A DNA stretch of 64,000 nucleotides from Candidatus Bathyarchaeota archaeon (GTDB taxonomy: Archaea; Thermoproteota; Bathyarchaeia; Bathyarchaeales; Bathycorpusculaceae). The stretch is from the NCBI GenBank assembly GCA_963828195.1, contig CAWHDT010000009.1, positions 1 to 64,000 on the forward strand, read 5' to 3'. This document shows positions 56,335 through 64,000 of the stretch, one piece after another; the first letter of the stretch is position 1; every line of letters begins with the position of its first letter. The notes beneath the pieces are model-generated. The model ran no database searches, had not been told where the DNA came from, and worked only from the letters and a program-made list of their open reading frames with translations. A program made the position numbers and the translations under genes.

Positions 56335-57903
56335 CTATTTTTTATGGAACTTAGGAATCTCCTTAGAAATCAATAGCTCATCTATCCTCAGCATAAGCGC
56401 CGAAACCTCATTAGCCCTCCTGATTACCGAGCGCTTTATCCTTGCAGGTTCCACGCAAACCATCTCGCCGCAACCTTGCTCCCTCACACCATGGCTTGTT
56501 AATCTGTTTGCATGATTATTTCTTAATTGAAGAAGCACATCTATTGAGTTTAGCCCGTAATTTTCCGCCAAACACCTTGGAACCTCCATCAACGCCGCCC
56601 CAAAGGATTCGATTGCAACCTGTTCCCTGCTTGGAAATCCCATGGCAAAGCTTTTCAATTCCTCGGCAATTTGAGCTTCTGCTGCTCCACCTCCAGGCAA
56701 AACTCTGTCATCGCTAGCCATTACATTTAGGACCACCAAGCTGTTGCGGATCGCAGTTTCAAGTTCGTCAATTGCTTGCGGTACGCTTCCCCTAAGCAAG
56801 AAAGTAGCTCCCTTGCATCCTTGGATAGTCACGGTTTTTTCAAGCTCTATTTTCCCAGTGTACAGCTCCTCTGCAACGCCTAAATCTTCCTCTGTAAGCT
56901 CACGGAGTTGCCCAACAATCTTAGCTCCAGTGGCCTTAGCGACTGCTTGCGAATCTTTTATATCAACACTCTCAAGAGCAAAAATGCCCTGCAAAAACAA
57001 TTTATCTTTCACACTTTGATCAAGCGGCTGTTCGCAGAGAAGCACGTTTGCTTTAAGCGCAATCATTTTCTCTAAAGCTTCAGTCCTCAACTTGGTCTCG
57101 GTTTCTTTGAATTTTCTCATTTGATCTGCACTTTGAATGCTCAACTTGATTTGGGGTGGTCCCTCCCGCCTCATTTTAGTATCTAAACGATTTATCCCCG
57201 GGCTTTCACTGGTAATTGCTATACGCAGATTTTTAATTCTATCAGGCATGTTAGGGTGCGCTTTTTCCTTTTTTACAACGACGCCTTTGACTAGGCTTGA
57301 TTCTTGGATGTTGCCGCCTGGTTTCTTTAAAAATCTCACGTTCTCCTTTTCGAATTTACCCTCCCATGAAGCCAGTGGATACGCTTCCCTTATCATCGAG
57401 CGCACATGTGACGTCAAGAGGTTTCTTCTGCAGTCAACAATATCTAAAATATCGCTGTTTACGCCATCAGGCGTTGTCGCTTGCTTGTCAATTATTTCCA
57501 GCGCCTTATTTGTCGCCAAATGATAACCGTGAATGATGATGTTTGGGTGAATCTTTGCTGATATAAGCTCGTCCGCTTTTTTTAGCAGCGCCGACAAGAA
57601 CACCACAAAAGTTGCCACGCCATCGCCAGCCTCTTCGCGCTGCATTTTGGCGGATTCAGAAATGATAACCGCTGGCGGGTACATGATTGCCAGTTCATCC
57701 AAAATTGCAATCGCGTCCTTCGTGACTTTTGTCACCTGCTCTGGACCACGATTGTAGCTGACTATCTTGTACGCGCCCTGTGGACCGAGGGTGCTTCGGA
57801 TTTTGTCTGCGGCGAAAATGGCTAAGCGTAGATTTTCTCGCCAGGCCTCTTTTCCAGTTGTGCGTTTGATTTTTGGAGAAATTACTGTTTCCATAGGTAT
57901 CAT
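56335..57903 (-). CDS. Divergent group II chaperonin (thermosome-like subunit)
   Basis: STLGPQG, GDGVAT, PGGGAAE, PRCLAENYG, LRIDE. Confidence 0.88.
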   Translation of the reverse strand: MIPMETVISPKIKRTTGKEAWRENLRLAIFAADKIRSTLGPQGAYKIVSYNRGPEQVTKVTKDAIAILDELAIMYPPAVIISESAKMQREEAGDGVATFVVFLSALLKKADELISAKIHPNIIIHGYHLATNKALEIIDKQATTPDGVNSDILDIVDCRRNLLTSHVRSMIREAYPLASWEGKFEKENVRFLKKPGGNIQESSLVKGVVVKKEKAHPNMPDRIKNLRIAITSESPGINRLDTKMRREGPPQIKLSIQSADQMRKFKETETKLRTEALEKMIALKANVLLCEQPLDQSVKDKLFLQGIFALESVDIKDSQAVAKATGAKIVGQLRELTEEDLGVAEELYTGKIELEKTVTIQGCKGATFLLRGSVPQAIDELETAIRNSLVVLNVMASDDRVLPGGGAAEAQIAEELKSFAMGFPSREQVAIESFGAALMEVPRCLAENYGLNSIDVLLQLRNNHANRLTSHGVREQGCGEMVCVEPARIKRSVIRRANEVSALMLRIDELLISKEIPKFHKK

Positions 57904-58057
57904 TCTTGAATAGGTTAATCAGGTAAGTACATGGAACCCGCAAGTCTACGCATACTTGCTTAGTTTTTTGTGCTCTTAAAACTAAGTGGTTGTAGAGACA
58001 CAGCAACAAATAGGAAAAATGTGCGAAACTTTGGATCCTAATATCCAAAGTAATGGT

Positions 58058-58410
58058 TTAACTGACTGGATTGAGCATTGGAGGCGATTGTTGCTTGCGT
58101 TTTCTTAGCATAACCACGGTTGTGATAGCTATTACCACAATGATTCCCGCTACTATCGCGTAAATTACTTCTGAAGGCATGGATTTTGTTGGCTGAGGGC
58201 TTGGCGTCGAGGTCAGATTCGGCACTGGGCTTGGGTTTGCCAAAGGCAATTCCACGATGCCTTGGGAGATGTTAATTGGAGACAGAAGCGGGTATCGGTC
58301 TAAGACGTTTGGGTTAGTGGAAATCAAATAAGCGGTGTTGCCTATTCCTGAATTGTCAATTTCTTTGACATTGGGGTATTTGTTAGTATAGTCGCTCCAG
58401 TAGTTTGCGG
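58058..58410 (-). pseudogene. C-terminal remnant of a NosD/beta-helix-type surface protein
   Basis: NYWSDY..KYPN..EIDNSGIGNTAY...DRYPL, P/S/T linker, TM + basic tail; no signal peptide or main domain. Confidence 0.6.
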
Positions 58411-59375
58411 ATGCAAAGTCTATGAAGGCGGCTATAGAGAAACAATCAAAGGTCGAGAATTGACGTTTTGCTGTTGCCACTGCGCTGCGTCATATAAAGA
58501 AAGCCTCAAATTATAACAAAAAAGAGCTAAGGTCAGTTCTAAAAGTGTTAACATGTGAGAGGAAAAGCTTAGGCTTTTTGGAGTGTTGCCATTTTGATTT
58601 ATTAAGGTAAATTGCCATTATACTCCGCAAAATTAATACGAATGTTTGATGCCAAAGCCATAACTATACTCTTTCGGAAAATTATTAATTTAGCTACTGA
58701 CTCGAGGCTGTTTTTTTGTGTTACCAAAATTAGCGCATCCTTCTTTGATGTGATCATTATATAGCTTAACATCCTCCAAGATTTGTACTATACAATCACA
58801 AGTTTTGTTCGATACATAATATTTGCAATAAAAAGTAAACAGCTAACAAGGTTGGAACTGCTAAGGCGCTCTAACATCTGGAAAGGGGTTTATTGCATTT
58901 TCCTCTTCCTGGTCTTCCTTCAAATGCCTTAGCAGTTCAGCTTTTTTATTACTCCGCAACTATCAAAATAAGCCTTGCAAGAACGGGAAACCAGAATTAT
59001 TTTGTGAACAAATAATAATGAAGCTCTATAGCCCGACTAGAACAAAGTTGTATGCTAATGGCCTCTATGGCGTCTTAGCTTTAAAAATATTTTGTGCAAG
59101 CCGCCTTTCACCACCATCGGTTTTGAACATAAACTAACGCGGATAAACGCAGAAAGACGCAGGAAAACGCGCTTCAACGCGAAACAACACGAAAACACTC
59201 AACCTGCAAACGCAGCAACTCCTGACGCAAAAAAGCAAACTGAAACACAAAGAACAAAATTTGCGAAAAAATGAAAATTAGAATGTGTCACCTAACTAAG
59301 CTGATGATTTAATTCCTTCGATCGGTATGCACGTGATTTATTAAGGTATAATGCTGTTATAATTGCGGAATTAAA

Positions 59376-59723
59376 ATGAGTGCTCGATGCGAAACCATAG
59401 GAAAATATGTGCTCCCAATCTTCAGGTCACTTGTCGCCAAAGAATTAATCGGCACATTTCACTTAACACAGGTTGAATCGGCAAAGAAACTTAAAACCAC
59501 CCAAGCCGCAGTGAGCCAATACATAAACTCTAAACGCGCCATCAAAGGCACCGAACAGTTCATCGACATCCTGCCCAAAATTCAGGAAGAAGCCAAAAAA
59601 ACCGCAAAGCGCCTCGCAAACCAAGAAACAACATGGGACGAGGTTACGCTTGACTTCTGCAAGCTATGCTCAACATTCTACGCCAAAGAAGAAGACAAAA
59701 CAGGCGACAGCTACATAATATAA
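59376..59723 (+). CDS. HTH transcriptional regulator (COG2522-like)
   Basis: CE....VLP.FRSLVAKEL, LTQVESAKKLKTTQAAVSQY..KRA, C-terminal C..C. Confidence 0.8.
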   Translation: MSARCETIGKYVLPIFRSLVAKELIGTFHLTQVESAKKLKTTQAAVSQYINSKRAIKGTEQFIDILPKIQEEAKKTAKRLANQETTWDEVTLDFCKLCSTFYAKEEDKTGDSYII

Positions 59724-59788
59724 CCCTTGCGGGAAAGGGTGTCAATTTTGCCATTTATTTTCTCTACCTAAATTGGGCGTGGCAAAGG

Positions 59789-62623
59789 CTATTGGAATGG
59801 TTTTATCATGCCTTTCTTTTCTTTGATTGCTGCTTGTGCCGCTGCCAACCGTGCCACTGGAACTCTATAAGGCGAGCAACTGACGTAATCGAGGTTTATT
59901 CTGTGGCAGAACTCAATTGATGATGGTTCACCGCCATGTTCGCCGCATATTCCAATTTTGAGGTCAGGCCTTGTTTTGCGTCCCCAATCAACGGCGATAG
60001 CCATCAACCTGCCAACACCTTTCACATCTAAAATTTCGAATGGGTTATCCTGCAAAATCTTATGCTCATTGTAGAAGGGCAAAAACTTGTTTTCGGCGTC
60101 CTCTCTTGAAAAACTAAATGTTGCCTGAGTCAAATCGTTTGTTCCGAAACTGAAAAACTCTGCCAACTCAGCTAGCCTTCCCGCCCTCATGCACGCGCGG
60201 ACCACTTCAATCATGGTGCCAACTGAGTATGGGATGGTTATGCCCAACCTATCTTTCACCCTTCGCTCGACCCTGCGGATTAAGCTGTAAACTCGTTTAA
60301 GTTCCTGGCTTGTGCAAACCTGCGGAATCATAATCTCCACCTTCACCGGAACCGTCTCTTTGATTAATTCGCCAGCGGCAAGCAAAATCGCTTCAACCTG
60401 CACCTCATAAATCTCAGGGTAAGTAATTCCAAGGCGTACACCGCGGTGACCAAGCATCGGGTTCACTTCTCTTAATGTACGGATTTTCTGCAGCGTATCC
60501 ATTTTTTTCTTTAATTCGGCGGATTGGACCTCTGCAAGATTCGAAAGCATGTGGTCGTCCTCAGCTAAAACCGATTGAAGTGAAGGGTCAATATCGCGGA
60601 GTACCTGAGGCAACCTGCACACGTTCCCCAATGCTTCCTGGCATTTCTGCAATGTTTCAATTTGTTTTTCAATCATTTCCTCCGAAGGCAAAAACTCATG
60701 CAAAGGAGGATCAAGCAAACGAATCGTAACGGGGAAACCCTGCATAACACGCAACATCTCTTTGAAATCATCCTTCTGCAGTGGCAAAAGAAGTCTCAGT
60801 GCAGCAAACCGTTCCTCAGGGTTATCTGCCAAAATCATATCCTGGAACAGTCCAATTCGGTCAGACGCGTTAAACATGCGTTCAGTACGGCAAAGACCAA
60901 TGCCTTGTGCCCCAAACCTTAGGGCTTTTTCAGCATCAAAAACTGTATCAGAATTGGTTCGAACCTCCAACCTGCGAAACTCATCTGCCCACTTCAAAAT
61001 AGTATTCATATGCTCGGAGATTTCTGGTTCAACCATGGGAACTTCACCAAGCCAAACATTCCCCGAAGTGCCATCGATAGTGACGACGGTTCCCTGCACA
61101 ATTCTGTTGCCTCCCACGTAAGCGACGTTTTCGACGTGGCTGATTTTGATTTCGCCTGCTCCAGAAACGCATGGTTTACCCATGCCTCTTGCTACAACTG
61201 CTGCGTGGCTGGTTTTGCCTCCGACTGAAGTTAGAATGCCTTGTGCCACAAAGAAGCCATGGATGTCTTCGGGTTTGGTTTGTTCTCTTAGCAAGATGAC
61301 TCTTTTTCCTGCTTTGGCTTGTTTCTCTGCTTCGTCTGCATCAAAAACTACTTCTCCCGACGCTGCACCAGGAGACGCTCCCAACCCAGTCGCAACTGGA
61401 ACAACGGTGTTGTTTGGGTCAATTTGACAATACATTAACTGTGTTAGCTGTGATGCATCCAGCCTAAGCAGCGCCTGTTCTTTGGTGATTAATTCTTCAT
61501 TCACCATATCCACTGAAGTTTTCATGTTTGCCGCAGCGTTCATTTTTGCGTTGCGGGTTTGAAGCATGTAGAGTTTGTCTTCTTCAATAGTGAACTCCAT
61601 GTCTTGCACTTCTTTGAAATGATGCTCCAGCGTCTCCCGTACTCTCATAAGTGCCACATACATTTTTGGCATGGTTTGCTTCATTTCTAAAATTGGCTTA
61701 GGCGTCCTGATTCCTGCAACTATGTCTTCGCCTTGGGCGTTGTCAAGGTAGTCTCCAAAAAGAACATTTTCGCCTGTGCCCGGATCGCGCGTAAAAGCAA
61801 CTCCAGTCGCAGAGTTAGCTCCCAGATTTCCGAAAACCATAGCTTGCACGTTGCATGCAGTGCCATTGGCTGTTTTAGAGCTTATTTTGAATTCTCGACG
61901 GTAATCCTGTGCTCTTTTGCCGTTCCAAGAAGCAAATACAGCTTCTATCGCCATAAAAAGCTGCTCATATGGGTCTTGCGGAATCGGTTTGCCAGTGTTC
62001 TCCAAGATTATGTGCTTGTAAATGTTAACTAGTTTCTGCATATCTTTTGCTGTAAGATCTGTGTCTTGGGTTACTTTTCGTTCTTCTTTTAGCGTCTCCA
62101 TTGCCAAGTGGAACTTTTCGTCACTGATGTTGAGAACGATGCTTCCGAAAAGCGACATAAAACGCCTATACGAATCCCAGCCGAAACGTTCATTCCCACT
62201 TCGTTTTATAAGCCCCTGAACTGTGGTGTCATTTATCCCCAGGTTCAATATAGTATCCATCATTCCAGGCATCGATATTGCAGCGCCGCTGCGAACTGAA
62301 AACAACAGCGGTTTCTCAGGGTTTCCAAAACTCAAACTCATGACGCGCTCAACCTCCGTCACTGCCTGCTTAACTTGGCTTTGGAGTTCTTTTGGAAGTT
62401 TGAAGCCGCCGTCAAAGTATTCGAGGCATGTTTGCGTCGTTATCACAAAGCCTGGGGGAACAGGCAAGCCTATCTGGGTCATTTCGCAGAGGCCCGCTCC
62501 TTTGCCGCCTAAAAATTTCTTGTCTTTTCCGTTTCCTTCTTGGAAAAGAAACACGTATTTGGTTGCGGTTTTAGCGTCAAAAGGGTGTGGTTGCGCATAG
62601 CTTTGGCTGATCTGTTCGTTCAA
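59789..62623 (-). CDS. ppdK: Pyruvate, phosphate dikinase
   Basis: LGGKGA, SVRSGA..SMPGMMDT, TSHAAVVARG, EFFSFGTNDLTQ, GICGEHGG. Confidence 0.95.
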   Translation of the reverse strand: MNEQISQSYAQPHPFDAKTATKYVFLFQEGNGKDKKFLGGKGAGLCEMTQIGLPVPPGFVITTQTCLEYFDGGFKLPKELQSQVKQAVTEVERVMSLSFGNPEKPLLFSVRSGAAISMPGMMDTILNLGINDTTVQGLIKRSGNERFGWDSYRRFMSLFGSIVLNISDEKFHLAMETLKEERKVTQDTDLTAKDMQKLVNIYKHIILENTGKPIPQDPYEQLFMAIEAVFASWNGKRAQDYRREFKISSKTANGTACNVQAMVFGNLGANSATGVAFTRDPGTGENVLFGDYLDNAQGEDIVAGIRTPKPILEMKQTMPKMYVALMRVRETLEHHFKEVQDMEFTIEEDKLYMLQTRNAKMNAAANMKTSVDMVNEELITKEQALLRLDASQLTQLMYCQIDPNNTVVPVATGLGASPGAASGEVVFDADEAEKQAKAGKRVILLREQTKPEDIHGFFVAQGILTSVGGKTSHAAVVARGMGKPCVSGAGEIKISHVENVAYVGGNRIVQGTVVTIDGTSGNVWLGEVPMVEPEISEHMNTILKWADEFRRLEVRTNSDTVFDAEKALRFGAQGIGLCRTERMFNASDRIGLFQDMILADNPEERFAALRLLLPLQKDDFKEMLRVMQGFPVTIRLLDPPLHEFLPSEEMIEKQIETLQKCQEALGNVCRLPQVLRDIDPSLQSVLAEDDHMLSNLAEVQSAELKKKMDTLQKIRTLREVNPMLGHRGVRLGITYPEIYEVQVEAILLAAGELIKETVPVKVEIMIPQVCTSQELKRVYSLIRRVERRVKDRLGITIPYSVGTMIEVVRACMRAGRLAELAEFFSFGTNDLTQATFSFSREDAENKFLPFYNEHKILQDNPFEILDVKGVGRLMAIAVDWGRKTRPDLKIGICGEHGGEPSSIEFCHRINLDYVSCSPYRVPVARLAAAQAAIKEKKGMIKPFQ

Positions 62624-62853
62624 TAGAAGTTCCTCACGATAGGATAGGCTACTTCGTATGGTGAAATAAAGATATGTGACTGCAAAGCAAAGCCAACAAC
62701 GGTTTCTAAAAATTAAGGGGGCGTAACTTGGTTTCTTTTCTAAAATTTTTTCTTGTGCACGCTAAGTGTTTTTTAGGCTTATTGTGTAGGTCAGAGCTAA
62801 AATTTTAATGTTGAAAGCTTTCATGCATGCGGGTGAGCGGATTTTCTGTTATT

Positions 62854-62917
62854 TGTACTTATCAACCTAACTTCTTATGCACTTAAACGCATATACTTAT
62901 AAGCATGTATGCACTTA
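62854..62917. promoter_or_regulatory. Four TRYACTTA direct repeats (putative RHH operator)
   Basis: TGTACTTA 62854, TGCACTTA 62878, TATACTTA 62892, TGCACTTA 62910. Confidence 0.5.
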
Positions 62918-63038
62918 GTATGCTTTGTGAACAAGCGAATCAAAGCAAAAGGACGCAAAGAAACACGAAAACCGAAATAAAGATCCATTCTCTCCAAGAA
63001 TACATTGAACTCAAAACAAACAAAAAAAGTGACTAAAA

Positions 63039-63182
63039 ATGGGCCGAATCAACGTTGACATCTCAAACGATCTAGAAAAACAGCTAAGAATAAAAACAGT
63101 GGAACGATTCGGCGGCAAAAAAGGCGACTTATCCCGCGCAGTGCAAGAAGCAGTAAAAACATGGATCAGCGAAAAGCAATAA
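63039..63182 (+). CDS. 47-aa ribbon-helix-helix protein (absent from the ORF track)
   Basis: MGRINVDISNDLEKQLRIKTVERFGGKKGDLSRAVQEAVKTWISEKQ. Confidence 0.8.
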   Translation: MGRINVDISNDLEKQLRIKTVERFGGKKGDLSRAVQEAVKTWISEKQ

Positions 63183-63429
63183 CGCATCAAGTCGCCTCCT
63201 CTTCAAGCCCAATAACTATATTATAAAAGAATGCCTAGCCAAAAGGCGCAGGGAAGCCAGTTAGCCTCGAACACACCCAAACGCGCAGGTGTTATTATGG
63301 GCAATCTAGCTGGAAGCCCCTTTTTAGAATTGTTATCCAAACAAGTAACGCTTAACAGGCATAAGACAATGGCGAGAAAAGTTTAATCGCTCAGTAAACA
63401 AACAAGTATTAGATTAACAGGTGAAAAAT

Positions 63430-63582
63430 ATGGTTAATAAAAAGTTGGAACTTGTTTTCATCGACAAAGAAGGCAAATGGTACCCGCTAGACGAAGTTGA
63501 TCGAGAAGATTTGGCGGCTGGTTTAGAAAAAATTTCTAAAGAAGTTGCCAAAAGATTGCAGTTGCTGAAAGATCAAAGGTAG
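63430..63582 (+). CDS. 50-aa hypothetical protein (absent from the ORF track)
   Basis: AGGTGA RBS; MVNKKLELVFIDKEGKWYPLDEVDREDL... Confidence 0.55.
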   Translation: MVNKKLELVFIDKEGKWYPLDEVDREDLAAGLEKISKEVAKRLQLLKDQR

Positions 63583-63669
63583 AGGTTTATTCGAAAAACC
63601 CAGTTTCTCAAAAGCTTTTGAAGCTTAAAATATAACTGGACACTAAAAGATAGTGGAGATTGTGTTTAC

Positions 63670-63978
63670 ATGGGCAGTTTTTCAGTGTCTTTACCCGCAA
63701 ATTGGGAAGAATATTTGAAGGCTCTAGCTGACGACCACGACGTTGACGTCAGTAAGGTCATTACCGGATTATGTGACTGGGCCTTTTCTGTTTCTGATAG
63801 CAAGCGGCAGTTCGAAGTTTGGCTCGATAAAGCTTATCCGCCGAAAGGCGAAGCTGAAGACAAAGCAATTGAAGAAGGAGAAGAAGCAAGCGAAGCTGAA
63901 GAAGAAAACGAAGACAAAGCTGAAGAGGAACTTCACGAGGACAGAAATTACAGTGAAGACAAAGAGCCAAAGTCTTGA
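63670..63978 (+). CDS. RHH-like protein with acidic C-terminal tail
   Basis: SFSVSLP...LKALA......VSKVI; E/D-rich tail; GGAG upstream. Confidence 0.55.
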   Translation: MGSFSVSLPANWEEYLKALADDHDVDVSKVITGLCDWAFSVSDSKRQFEVWLDKAYPPKGEAEDKAIEEGEEASEAEEENEDKAEEELHEDRNYSEDKEPKS

Positions 63979-64000
63979 CTGCCTCTTTTTAAAAATAGGC

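Noticed and set aside
58602-58772. 56-aa minus-strand ORF directly after GGAGG
   Set aside because: No recognisable motif, and the RBS-like motif abuts the ATG; may be spurious.
59092-59274. 60-aa ORF with repeated ACGC motifs
   Set aside because: Low-complexity A/C-rich intergenic sequence with no regular period or protein signature.

Overview
Archaeal chromosomal window. The gene set (MtrH-like methyltransferase plus corrinoid protein, LysW pathway, thermosome, Pro/Thr-linker TM-anchored surface proteins, NosD-type C-terminal fragment) fits Bathyarchaeia; this assignment is inference. Layout: (1) 1-12 kb is an accessory island of ATPase-wHTH-PD-(D/E)XK proteins and intact or broken toxin-antitoxin pairs. 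It is punctuated by three displaced, diverged copies of the 3' end of the neighbouring UDP-glucuronate decarboxylase gene, two other duplicated intergenic segments and IS200/IS605 right-end/omegaRNA-like relics. No integrase is visible. (2) 12-32.5 kb holds UDP-xylose synthesis genes, two paralogous GT-C-like membrane proteins, and a corrinoid/radical-SAM cluster (MtrH-like, minimal B12 protein, two B12-radical SAMs, SPASM and HemN-like radical SAMs, orphan RnfD-ferredoxin fusion). (3) 33-48 kb holds a double PQQ-type propeller, a DUF2400-like/nuclease fusion, a surface protein, the lysWXYZJK operon with an Lrp regulator, and GH13 glgB. (4) 48.8-56.3 kb is an A1-type heme-copper oxidase operon with a blue copper protein, a FoxG-like Fe-S membrane protein and DUF420, carrying six clustered frameshifts. 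(5) The end holds a divergent, possibly ATPase-impaired thermosome subunit, PPDK and an RHH module. No rRNA, tRNA or CRISPR array was seen. All family assignments come from motif reading by eye, not database searches.
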